DNA of 64,000 bases, from NCBI GenBank assembly GCA_020348925.1, contig CP070758.1:4461775-4525774 (forward strand), given 5' to 3'. Under the pieces are notes generated by a model, which saw only the letters and a list, made by a program, of their open reading frames with translations, did no database searches and had not been told where the DNA came from. Origin of the DNA: Gemmatimonadota bacterium. GTDB lineage: Bacteria > JBHIER01 > G020348925. A program made the position numbers and the translations under genes. Position 1 is the first letter of the stretch. Each line of letters opens with the position of its first letter. Below are positions 56,052-64,000 of the stretch, piece by piece.

Positions 56052-56998
56052 AAATCATCTTTATGGGAACGGCTGAGTTTGGTCTTCCGAGTCTCGAGCG
56101 ACTTCTGGAAAGTTCGCATACCGTGCAGGCCGTCGTCACAGGTCCTGACCGCCGTAAGGGGCGAGGCTTAAAGGTCGTCCATTCTCCTGTGAAAGCTTTT
56201 GCGGAGGAAAAGCACATACCCATTCTTCAGCCTGAGCGGTTGCACAATGCGGAGTTTGTGTCAACTCTGAAAGAATATCATCCCGACCTGTTCGTTGTCG
56301 TCGCCTTTCGCATTCTGCCCAGGGAGGTTTTCGAGATCCCCGTTCAGGGGACCATAAACCTGCATGCTTCGCTCCTGCCGAAGTATCGAGGAGCGGCACC
56401 GATTCAGTGGGCGCTCATTCGCGGAGAAAAACGGACAGGGGTGACGACATTTTTCATTGATGAGCGGATAGACACTGGAAATCTCATTTTGCAGAAGGAG
56501 ATGGGCATCGACGAAAACGAGACGGCGGGTCAACTCCATGATAAGCTGGCCCTGCTTGGAGCCGAGGTTTTGATGGAAACAGTTGAACTGATTGGACTTG
56601 GGAGAGCTGTGCGAAAGCCCCAGGATGATGGGCAAGCAACGACCGCTCCGAAGCTGAAAAAGGAGGAGGGGCGTATCGATTGGTCGAAAAAGGCCATTGA
56701 CATTAAGAATCACGTCAGGGGAATGAACCCATTTCCCGGTGCTTTCACTGAATGGAAGGGACGCATAGTCAAGGTTCATCGGACACAGCTTGCAACCGAA
56801 AGCATGGAGAGGGGCGTTCCAGGGGAAGTCGTTCGAATCGACTCTCGAGCAGGTTTGATCGTCTCGACAGGAGAAGGGGCCCTTTCGCTCGCGGAGTTAC
56901 AACCCGAGGGGAAGAGGCGCATGAGTGGGCTTGAATTTGTCCGGGGATATCGTGTGAAGGAGGGCGATGTCTTTGGATCAAACCGCTCACTGACATAA
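56048..56998 (+). CDS. fmt: Methionyl-tRNA formyltransferase
   Basis: MKIIFMGTAEFG, INLHASLLPKYRGAAPIQWA, and def-fmt synteny. Confidence 0.95.
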   Translation: MKIIFMGTAEFGLPSLERLLESSHTVQAVVTGPDRRKGRGLKVVHSPVKAFAEEKHIPILQPERLHNAEFVSTLKEYHPDLFVVVAFRILPREVFEIPVQGTINLHASLLPKYRGAAPIQWALIRGEKRTGVTTFFIDERIDTGNLILQKEMGIDENETAGQLHDKLALLGAEVLMETVELIGLGRAVRKPQDDGQATTAPKLKKEEGRIDWSKKAIDIKNHVRGMNPFPGAFTEWKGRIVKVHRTQLATESMERGVPGEVVRIDSRAGLIVSTGEGALSLAELQPEGKRRMSGLEFVRGYRVKEGDVFGSNRSLT

Positions 56999-57032
56999 AG
57001 GCTGAAAGAGTATACGAGGAGGTACGTTTTCA

Positions 57033-57719
57033 TTGTTTCCTTTCTTTATTGATTGGACATTTCTCTTGCTGATACCCGCTTTGGGCCTCGCGTTTTACGC
57101 CCAAGCGAAGGTCAAAGGGACTTTTCAGACCTACAGCAAGATTACCTCACGGCGGGGCTTCACAGGAGCCCAGGTGGCCCGGCACTTGCTTGATCACAGC
57201 GGACTTGGTCACGTCCAGGTGACGAGGGTGAAAGGTACGTTGACGGATCACTACGATCCTCGAAAGAAAGTTCTCAATCTCTCCGAGGGCGTGCACAATT
57301 CGAACTCAGTAGCAGCCCTGGGGATTGCCGCTCACGAGGCCGGACATGCAATCCAACACGGGCTCGGTTACAGCCCTCTGGTCTTGCGCAACAGTATAGT
57401 ACCGGCAGCAAATTTTGGAACGTCCTTGGCATTTCCACTTTTTTTGATCGGTTTTTTCTTTCGAATTCCAACTTTTATGGATATAGGTATTGTCTTTTTT
57501 TCACTGGCTGTTCTCTTTCATCTTGTCACCCTGCCGGTTGAATTGAACGCCAGCCAACGGGCTCTGGTCTTGTTGGGTTCCGAAGGCTATTTGGATCAGG
57601 ATGAAGTCGGTTCAGCCAAGAAAGTTTTGACAGCTGCCGCCTGGACGTATGTTGCCGCGGCAACCATGGCTGCCGTTCAGCTCCTGAGATTAATCCTGTT
57701 GCGCGGTAGTCGGGATTGA
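57033..57719 (+). CDS. Membrane zinc metallopeptidase (YugP-like, Zn_peptidase_2 family)
   Basis: It has an HEAGHAIQH zinc motif flanked by TM helices. The size and layout fit this family. Confidence 0.7.
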   Translation: MFPFFIDWTFLLLIPALGLAFYAQAKVKGTFQTYSKITSRRGFTGAQVARHLLDHSGLGHVQVTRVKGTLTDHYDPRKKVLNLSEGVHNSNSVAALGIAAHEAGHAIQHGLGYSPLVLRNSIVPAANFGTSLAFPLFLIGFFFRIPTFMDIGIVFFSLAVLFHLVTLPVELNASQRALVLLGSEGYLDQDEVGSAKKVLTAAAWTYVAAATMAAVQLLRLILLRGSRD

Positions 57720-57755
57720 TTCTGGCTGCGCAGACGGTCTATGGTGTGAGTTGTT

Positions 57756-59081
57756 GTGGGAGCGAAACGAAACGCACGAGAGATGATGCTCCATATACTC
57801 ATGGAGGTTGAGAAGGGAGTTTATGCTGACAGAGCTTTGAACAACGTTCTGGACAAGGTTGACGATCCGAGGGATAAGAGGTTGGTCACTGAAGTCGTGA
57901 ATGGCGTCCTGAGGATGCGCGGCCACATCGACTGGATACTTCAGTGTTTTGCGAAAGGAGGCATTGAGCAACGTTCACCACTCGTTCGAAACACACTGCG
58001 TCTTGGGACCTATCAGATTCTGTTTCTCGATAGAATCCCGGAGGCCATTGCTGTGCATGAAACAGTGAATCTCGCCGGGAGGTTCGGTCATCAAGGGATT
58101 GCCAATTATGTGAACGCCGTGTTGCGGCGGGTTGTTGATCGGAAATTTCAATATCCGAACTTCGAGTCGGATCCGGTTTCTCATATTGCCGTGATGTTTT
58201 CACACCCGAATTGGTTGGTGAAGCGGTGGATTGAGAAGTTCGGAGTGAAGGAAACAAGGGATCTGTGCCGTGCCAACAATCGTATTCCTGATCTCGTTCT
58301 GCGGGTCAACGCGTTGAAGGTATCCGCGGGACAGGCGCTGTCCTTGTTGACCAACGAGAATATTGAAGCACAGCCTTCGCCATCTCTTTCGGGATACATT
58401 CGCGTCCAGCAAGCTGGATCCCTCCTGAGACATGATGCCTTTCAAGGGGGATGGTTCACGGTTCAAGATGAGAGTGCAGGCTTCGCTTCTCTCCTCTTGG
58501 ATCCAAATCCAGGCGAGCGGGTGCTCGATCTGTGTTGTGCTCCAGGCGGAAAGACAACCCATGTAGCCCAGCTCATGCGGAACCGAGGGACACTCCTGGC
58601 CGTCGATATCAACGAGGAGAAACTCGGATTGGTCGACGAGAATTGTAGAAGATTGGGCATCGAGATTGTGAACGCGATCCAGGATGATGGAACATCCTTT
58701 GAAAGCGACGCCTTTGACCGCATCATCGTGGATGCCCCATGTTCGGGGACCGGCGTTCTGGCTCGACGGGTTGATTCCCGCTGGCGGAAGACCGAGCGGC
58801 AGATTCTGGAGTTGAGAGATGTGCAAAAGAGACTGCTCGAAAACGCGGTGAACCTTCTCAAAACGGGGGGGGTCCTTGTGTACAGCACCTGTTCCCTTGA
58901 GGAGGAAGAGAACGAGGGTGTGGTCGAAGATCTCCTGAACTCGGATTCTGGATTGCATGTTGAAGACGCCGGATCATTTGTCCCGAAAGAGTTCGTCACT
59001 GCCAAGGGCTGTGTGCGGACATGGCCTCACCGTCACAACATGGACGGTTCCTTCGCTGTGCGTCTGAGGAAGAAGAGTTGA
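57756..59081 (+). CDS. rsmB: 16S rRNA (cytosine967-C5)-methyltransferase RsmB
   Basis: A NusB-like N-terminal domain, the SAM motif VLDLCCAPGGKT, the catalytic DAPCSGTG, and the TCS motif. Confidence 0.9.
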   Translation: MGAKRNAREMMLHILMEVEKGVYADRALNNVLDKVDDPRDKRLVTEVVNGVLRMRGHIDWILQCFAKGGIEQRSPLVRNTLRLGTYQILFLDRIPEAIAVHETVNLAGRFGHQGIANYVNAVLRRVVDRKFQYPNFESDPVSHIAVMFSHPNWLVKRWIEKFGVKETRDLCRANNRIPDLVLRVNALKVSAGQALSLLTNENIEAQPSPSLSGYIRVQQAGSLLRHDAFQGGWFTVQDESAGFASLLLDPNPGERVLDLCCAPGGKTTHVAQLMRNRGTLLAVDINEEKLGLVDENCRRLGIEIVNAIQDDGTSFESDAFDRIIVDAPCSGTGVLARRVDSRWRKTERQILELRDVQKRLLENAVNLLKTGGVLVYSTCSLEEEENEGVVEDLLNSDSGLHVEDAGSFVPKEFVTAKGCVRTWPHRHNMDGSFAVRLRKKS

Positions 59082-59090
59082 GAAGCGCGG

Positions 59091-59828
59091 GTGTCTATGC
59101 TACGATTTGTTTTAAAAATTCTGTTTGCGTCTTGTCTCTTGGGATGTATTTTCCTCGGAGGATTGGTCCTTATGGATAAGGTGGTGATGCCGCACGTGGT
59201 TGGTCACGAAAATGTTGTGATCGTGCCGGATGTCGTAGAGAATTCCGTTGAGGATGCGGATCATCTTCTGATGGAATCCGATCTCCTTTTGGTGAAAGAA
59301 GCGGAAGTTTTCGATCCGGTTGTCCCGGAGGGATACATTATTTCTCAAAAACCCAGGGCGTATTCAAAGGTGAAAAAGGGACGGAGCGTCCGAGTCGTGG
59401 TCAGTCGGGGAAGTGAGCAGCTCACTGTTCCCAATTTGACGAGGGGTATTTCATTACGGCAGGCCGAAATCGAGCTGAAGAGCTCCGGTTTTGAGTTGGG
59501 ATACGTGTCGTATCAATTTTCAGATGAGGCGCACAAGGGTGTTGTCATATCCCAATCACCTCCTCCCAACGGGACGGCGCCCAGGGGTTCACTGATCAAC
59601 CTAACAATCAGTTCCGGATCAATGACCGGAGTCACGGTGGTTCCCGAATTAATCGGCCTGAGTTTGGAAAGCGCCCTTGCACAAGCGGCGGAATCGGGAT
59701 TAACAGTGGGTGTTATTGAATATGTGGATCAGGAGGATCTCCTCCCGGAGACGGTCGTCGGACAGTCTTTGGAATCGGGGCAGGAGGTTGCACGAGGCAC
59801 TGCCATCGATGTCACGGTATCGCAGTAG
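59091..59828 (+). CDS. Membrane-anchored PASTA-domain protein (three PASTA repeats, no kinase or PBP domain)
   Basis: An N-terminal TM helix is followed by three repeats of the type VPDVVENSVEDADHLL..G....V.......P.G.IISQ.P..G..V..GS.I.L.VS. Confidence 0.7.
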   Translation: MSMLRFVLKILFASCLLGCIFLGGLVLMDKVVMPHVVGHENVVIVPDVVENSVEDADHLLMESDLLLVKEAEVFDPVVPEGYIISQKPRAYSKVKKGRSVRVVVSRGSEQLTVPNLTRGISLRQAEIELKSSGFELGYVSYQFSDEAHKGVVISQSPPPNGTAPRGSLINLTISSGSMTGVTVVPELIGLSLESALAQAAESGLTVGVIEYVDQEDLLPETVVGQSLESGQEVARGTAIDVTVSQ

Positions 59829-59877
59829 GACAAACATCAAACATGTGTGTGAATGAAAGGATGTGGAGAGGCCCTCT

Positions 59878-61209
59878 ATGTTTCAGGAGTTGACGGGAAA
59901 ACTTGAAACAGTCTTTAAGAAGCTGCGGGGATACGGCAAGCTGTCGGAGAAAAACATCCAGGATTCACTTCGTGAAGTCCGGAGAGCCCTCTTGGAAGCT
60001 GATGTCCATTATAAGGTGGCCAGACAGTTTATTGCCCGTGTTCAGGAGAAAGCCATCGGACAAGACGTGTTCAAGAGCATCACTCCGGGACAGCAAGTCA
60101 TCCGGGTCGTCTACGATGAACTGACCGCTCTTCTGGGGGGCACGGCGCGCGATGTTCATTTTTCACCCGTACCTCCAACGCTCATTATGCTCGTGGGCCT
60201 TCAGGGTTCGGGGAAAACGACTGCAGCTGGGAAACTGGCCCGTTATTTTCGGCAGAAAGGGCGCAAGGCATTACTCGTGGCAGCAGACATTTATCGTCCG
60301 GCAGCTATAGATCAAGCGGAAATTCTGGCCAGGAGCGCTGGTGTGCCGTGCTTTCACCGAAGAGAGGGGACCGATCCCGTCGACATTTGCGTTGAAGCGA
60401 TCTCCTTTGGGCAACAGGAAGGGTGCGATGTGATTCTCTTCGATACAGCCGGTCGTCTGCACATTGATGACGAGATGATGAACGAACTTGTACGCATTAA
60501 GAAGAAGATCGTTCCTCATGAAATCCTCTTGGTGGCCGATGGCATGACCGGTCAGGACGCGGTGAACATGGCCGGCCAGTTTCAGGCGCACCTGGAGTTC
60601 GATGGTATTCTATTGACCAAACTGGATGGCGATGCCCGGGGTGGCGCAGCCCTGTCCATGTTGTCCGTGACAGGGAAGCCAATTAAATTTGTGAGTGTGG
60701 GTGAGAAGTTGGATGCGTTGGAGCGTTTTCACCCCGATCGCATGGCCTCCCGCATTCTCGGCATGGGTGACATCCTGTCTTTGGTGGAAAAAGCAGAGAA
60801 AGCCATTGATGAGGAACGAGCGAAGGAATTCGAAGAAAAACTGCGGAAAGAGTCCTTCACGTTTGAGGATTTCCTTGAGCAGCTCGATCAAATCAAAGGC
60901 ATGGGATCGCTTGAGCACATTCTCGGTATGATCCCAGGAATGGGAGGGAACGTATTCAAGAATCTTTCCGTTGACGAAACGGCTTTCACCAGGATTGAAG
61001 CCATGATTCGCTCCATGACTCGGGAGGAACGGTGGCGACCCGAGATTATTGATGGTAGTCGTCGACGAAGGATCGCAGCCGGAAGCGGTACAACTGTTCA
61101 AGAGGTGAATAGACTCTTGAAACAGTTTTCGATGATGAAGAAAATGGTGAAGAATCTGAGCAAGATGAATATGAAACAGTTCGGCAAATCACTGTTCTCT
61201 TTTCGGTAA
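59878..61209 (+). CDS. ffh: Signal recognition particle protein Ffh
   Basis: MFQELTGKLE, GLQGSGKTT, DTAGR, TKLDGDARGGAALS, and a Met-rich M domain. Confidence 0.95.
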   Translation: MFQELTGKLETVFKKLRGYGKLSEKNIQDSLREVRRALLEADVHYKVARQFIARVQEKAIGQDVFKSITPGQQVIRVVYDELTALLGGTARDVHFSPVPPTLIMLVGLQGSGKTTAAGKLARYFRQKGRKALLVAADIYRPAAIDQAEILARSAGVPCFHRREGTDPVDICVEAISFGQQEGCDVILFDTAGRLHIDDEMMNELVRIKKKIVPHEILLVADGMTGQDAVNMAGQFQAHLEFDGILLTKLDGDARGGAALSMLSVTGKPIKFVSVGEKLDALERFHPDRMASRILGMGDILSLVEKAEKAIDEERAKEFEEKLRKESFTFEDFLEQLDQIKGMGSLEHILGMIPGMGGNVFKNLSVDETAFTRIEAMIRSMTREERWRPEIIDGSRRRRIAAGSGTTVQEVNRLLKQFSMMKKMVKNLSKMNMKQFGKSLFSFR

Positions 61210-61261
61210 AACGGATAGAGAGTGGAATGCTCTCTATCATAACTTTTAAAAGGAGGTGCGT

Positions 61262-61720
61262 GTGGCAGTTCGAATTCGATTACGACGCATGGGATCTACG
61301 AAGCGACCCTTCTATCGGGTTGTTGTGGCTGATTCCCGAATGCCAAGAGACGGTCGGTTTATTGAGATCATCGGGCATTACAATCCAGTTGTGGATCCCG
61401 TGGAGATTCATGTTGACGAGGAGAAGGTGTTCAAGTGGCTTCAAAACGGGGCACAACCGACTGACACGGTGCGAAGCCTACTCAAAAAGAGTGGGATATG
61501 GAGAAAATGGGGACTGGTGAAACGGGGAGTTGATCTCTCTCAATTGAGTGCTCTGGAGCCCGTGCCTTCCGAAGTCCGAACGGTGAAGAAAGAGGTGGAG
61601 CGTGCGGGGCAGGAGAAAGAAAAGGGCACGGCGGGAATGGAGAAAGAGAACGATACGGAGAAAGAGAGCGATTCGAAGAAGGAAAAAGATGAGGCGACTG
61701 GAGAGCTGGAAAAAACATGA
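61262..61720 (+). CDS. rpsP: 30S ribosomal protein S16 with a Lys/Glu-rich C-terminal extension
   Basis: [35 protein letters not shown] is the S16 N-terminus. An AGGAGG RBS favours GTG 61262 as the start. Confidence 0.9.
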   Translation: MAVRIRLRRMGSTKRPFYRVVVADSRMPRDGRFIEIIGHYNPVVDPVEIHVDEEKVFKWLQNGAQPTDTVRSLLKKSGIWRKWGLVKRGVDLSQLSALEPVPSEVRTVKKEVERAGQEKEKGTAGMEKENDTEKESDSKKEKDEATGELEKT

Positions 61721-61788
61721 GGGACTGTCTGTGACCCCATCAGCGACTTGTTAAATATCATGCATGCAAGATGAAGGAGGTGATCACG

Positions 61789-62019
61789 ATGAAGGATCTG
61801 GTTGAGTTTATCGCCAAGAATTTGGTCGATCGTCCTGAAGAGGTGCATGTGAGCGAAATAGAGGGTGAAAAAGCGGTCGTCTATGAGCTCAGAGTGGGGC
61901 AGGGCGAACTGGGTCGTGTCATTGGCAAAGGGGGAAGGACGGCGCAGTCAATGCGCGTGTTGTTGAATGCTGCCGCTGCCAAGCAAGGAAAGCGTGTTGT
62001 TTTGGAAATTCTCGAATGA
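61789..62019 (+). CDS. KH-domain RNA-binding protein (UPF0109/YlqC family)
   Basis: MKDLVEFIAKNLVDRPEEV....GRVIGKGGRTAQSMR has the GxxG KH motif. The gene sits in the rpsP-KH-rimM-trmD-rplS synteny. Confidence 0.85.
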   Translation: MKDLVEFIAKNLVDRPEEVHVSEIEGEKAVVYELRVGQGELGRVIGKGGRTAQSMRVLLNAAAAKQGKRVVLEILE

Positions 62020-62522
62020 TTACGATCGGTAAAATTACGAAACCCTTTGGAAAGAACGGCGCTCTGAACGTTATACCTTTGACCGATTTTCCAGAGCGTT
62101 TCTATCAACTCAAGAAGATCACCTTGGATGACGATGCCGGGAACGAGAGGGTTGTCGAGGTGGAAAGTGTCCGTCGCGTGAACGAACAGGTGATGTTGAA
62201 ATTGAAAGGGATAGATACAGTCCAGGATGCAGAACGATTTCGAAACATGTTTCTTCTTATTCAGCCTGGGGAAGCTTTTCCTCTCCCCAAGGATCGGCAT
62301 TATATTTTTGAAATCGTTGGTCTTGACGTCATGACGCAATCGGGAGTGAAAATCGGCGTGGTTCAGGATGTCATGACCTTGGAGAGTAATGATGTATATG
62401 TGGTTCAGGGTGAGAGAGGAGAAGTGCTCATTCCGGCGACGAAGGAGATCGTCAAGGAAATTAACATCGAAGATGGAAAAATAATAATACATCCAGTAGA
62501 AGGGCTTTTCACTGAACGATGA
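62016..62522 (+). CDS. rimM: 16S rRNA processing protein RimM
   Basis: ITIGKITKPFGKNGALNV, a PRC-barrel C-terminus, and synteny. Confidence 0.9.
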   Translation: MITIGKITKPFGKNGALNVIPLTDFPERFYQLKKITLDDDAGNERVVEVESVRRVNEQVMLKLKGIDTVQDAERFRNMFLLIQPGEAFPLPKDRHYIFEIVGLDVMTQSGVKIGVVQDVMTLESNDVYVVQGERGEVLIPATKEIVKEINIEDGKIIIHPVEGLFTER

Positions 62523-63271
62523 TGCGTATTGATGTGTTGACCATTTTTCCCCATGTCTTTGAAAGCCCGCTTCAAGAGAGTATTGTCCGGCGAGCACGGG
62601 AAAATGATTTGATTGAAATTCATATATGTGACTTTCGTGACTATGCTCCGGACAAGCATCGAAAAGTTGACGACTATCCTTACGGAGGTGGACCTGGCAT
62701 GGTTTTGCGTCCTGAACCGATCGCTGCTTGTTTAACAGACATTTTCGAGGAGTACGGACAAGGAAAAACTATCCTTCTTTCTCCGCAAGGAAGACAATTT
62801 ACTCAGGAATTGGCGAAATCATGGGCCGCTGAAGATCATTTGATCATCATCTGCGGTCATTACAAAGGTGTTGATGAAAGAATTCGATTACGCTACGTGC
62901 ACGACGAAATATCAATTGGTGACTACGTATTGACCGGCGGTGAGTTGCCAGCTCTTGTACTTATCGATGCCGTGACTCGGCTCGTTCCTGGTGTCATCGG
63001 GGATCTTGAGTCGGCTGAGGGGGATTCCTTCTTCGAGGGACTGCTCGATCATCCTCATTACACACGACCTGAGGAGTTTCACGGCATGAGAGTCCCGGAC
63101 GTGCTCCTCTCCGGACATCACGAGCACATTCGAAAATGGCGACGGAAGGAGTCACTGCGGAGAACCTATGAAAACAGGCCGGAACTTTTAGAAGAGGCTC
63201 AATTAAACAAAGAAGATCTTCTTTTTCTTGAGGAGATCCGGATGAACTTTGAAACGACACAGGAGGTTTGA
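62519..63271 (+). CDS. trmD: tRNA (guanine37-N1)-methyltransferase TrmD
   Basis: MRIDVLTIFP, DDYPYGGGPGMV, IICGHYKGVDERI, SIGDYVLTGGELPA. Confidence 0.95.
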   Translation: MMRIDVLTIFPHVFESPLQESIVRRARENDLIEIHICDFRDYAPDKHRKVDDYPYGGGPGMVLRPEPIAACLTDIFEEYGQGKTILLSPQGRQFTQELAKSWAAEDHLIIICGHYKGVDERIRLRYVHDEISIGDYVLTGGELPALVLIDAVTRLVPGVIGDLESAEGDSFFEGLLDHPHYTRPEEFHGMRVPDVLLSGHHEHIRKWRRKESLRRTYENRPELLEEAQLNKEDLLFLEEIRMNFETTQEV

Positions 63272-63616
63272 ATGAATACTTTAGGAGCTATCGAAAGTCG
63301 GCACACAAAGAGAGAAATACCGGACTTCAGACCCGGCGATACCATTCGTGTTCAGGTGAAAGTTGTTGAGGGAGATCGAGAGCGGCTCCAAGCCTTTCAG
63401 GGGACCGTCATTCAACGGAAAGGTGCTGGGATGGGTGCAACATTCACCGTACGAAAGATCTCAGGTGGTATTGGGATAGAGCGAATTTTTCCGCTCCACT
63501 CCCCAAATGTGGGCACTATCGAAATTATTAGACGAGGACGCGTGCGAAGAGCGAAGCTCTTTTATCTTCGTAAGCTGAAGGGAAAAGCTGCGCGGGTTCA
63601 GGAAAAAATAGCCTGA
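63272..63616 (+). CDS. rplS: 50S ribosomal protein L19
   Basis: [29 protein letters not shown] and [21 protein letters not shown]. Confidence 0.95.
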   Translation: MNTLGAIESRHTKREIPDFRPGDTIRVQVKVVEGDRERLQAFQGTVIQRKGAGMGATFTVRKISGGIGIERIFPLHSPNVGTIEIIRRGRVRRAKLFYLRKLKGKAARVQEKIA

Positions 63617-63628
63617 GTATGGACATGA

Positions 63629-64000
63629 GTGGGAACATGTCGAAAAAGATCACGCAGATCCGAGAATTGGAGTAAGGCTATAACTGGGCACTTCAAAGAA
63701 GGACTTGAGGGGGAGCATCAAAAAAGAGACCGGCTTTTGCTCTTTGAGCGCGAGCTGTGGAACATGGGTCACAGCTACGTAGCCGGAATCGACGAAGCGG
63801 GTCGGGGGCCACTGGCCGGCCCAGTCGTGGCAGCAGCCGTCATTTTCCCACAAGATGCTTATATCTCAGGAGTTGACGATTCGAAAAAAATTTCAGCGAA
63901 GAAGCGAGAGCACCTCTATTCCGAGATCATGAGCTTGTCGTGCTCTGTCGGTGTCGGTCTCGTGAGCGAAAAGGAAATTGATCGTACGAACATAGTCAGG
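63629..64000 (+). CDS. rnhB: Ribonuclease HII, 3'-partial at the window edge, with an uncertain start
   Basis: Frame 2 reads ..ERELWNMGHSYVAGIDEAGRGPLAGPVVAAAVIFP...GVDDSKKISAKKRE, the RNase HII catalytic N-terminal motif. The only in-frame start upstream is GTG 63629. ATG 63637 in frame 1 may be the original start (see findings). Confidence 0.8.
   Translation, partial: MGTCRKRSRRSENWSKAITGHFKEGLEGEHQKRDRLLLFERELWNMGHSYVAGIDEAGRGPLAGPVVAAAVIFPQDAYISGVDDSKKISAKKREHLYSEIMSLSCSVGVGLVSEKEIDRTNIVR

Noticed and set aside
35368-62597. Other long antisense ORFs: 35368..36252, 48318..48974, 53850..54515, 58200..58958 and 61881..62597, all on the - strand
   Set aside because: Each is antisense to a confidently identified conserved gene (the Omp85 protein, coaBC, tgt, rsmB, and rimM/trmD). 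None shows a recognisable domain.
1-64000. A scan for CRISPR arrays, tRNA/rRNA genes, transposases, integrases, toxin-antitoxin pairs or known defence genes
   Set aside because: I saw no spaced direct repeats, no tRNA T-arm-like GGTTCGAATCC motifs, no rRNA-like segments and no mobile-element or defence-type ORFs by eye. A tRNAscan, Infernal or defence-finder run would be needed to exclude them formally.

Overview
This is a 64 kb bacterial chromosomal window of about 50% G+C with roughly 55 genes, mostly on the + strand. T9SS C-terminal sorting domains, a Fibrobacter-type FISUMP domain and dockerin-like modules suggest an FCB-superphylum or candidate-phylum organism; this is inference only. 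All calls come from reading the sequence and ORF translations by eye, with no searches run.

Layout:
- 9-1330: an NHL-repeat lipoprotein with a broken reading frame.
- 1540-14038: a type IV pilus-like locus. It holds three prepilin-like genes, pilM, pilN, pilO, a PilP-SPOR fusion and pilQ. A 1418-aa Big_1 Ig-repeat lipoprotein and a small beta-barrel protein follow.
- The leader of this locus carries a sigma54-type promoter, a GEMM-I (c-di-GMP-I) riboswitch-like element and an intrinsic terminator.
- 14088-15782: a bifunctional formiminotransferase-cyclodeaminase.
- 15811-29869: a dense signalling block. It contains a sigma54 enhancer-binding protein and a second sigma54-type promoter in front of a TPR / REC-GAF-PAS-GGDEF / REC-HD-GYP operon. 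On the - strand it has an operon of HTH-REC, a family-5 solute-binding lipoprotein and two histidine kinases.
- 30421-36972: TamB, a BamA/TamA-like protein and a lipoprotein.
- 36996-42785: a dockerin/cohesin-like cluster. It comprises an M14 carboxypeptidase, a FISUMP protein and a T9SS-sorted cohesin-like protein.
- 43885-64000: a conserved housekeeping block: rqcH, yicC, gmk, rpoZ, coaBC, udg, dnaB, mlaEF, radA, tgt, yajC, def, fmt, rsmB, ffh, rpsP, rimM, trmD, rplS and rnhB.

Things worth a second look:
- The c-di-GMP riboswitch plus sigma54 wiring of the pilus locus, with c-di-GMP turnover genes 15 kb downstream.
- The PilP-SPOR fusion paired with a PilQ that lacks AMIN domains.
- Four genes interrupted close to their 5' ends: two in-frame TGA codons that separate a signal peptide from the mature protein, and two frameshifts.
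- A T9SS-anchored cohesin-like protein next to dockerin-bearing enzymes.

I saw no rRNA, tRNA, CRISPR array, transposase or integrase.
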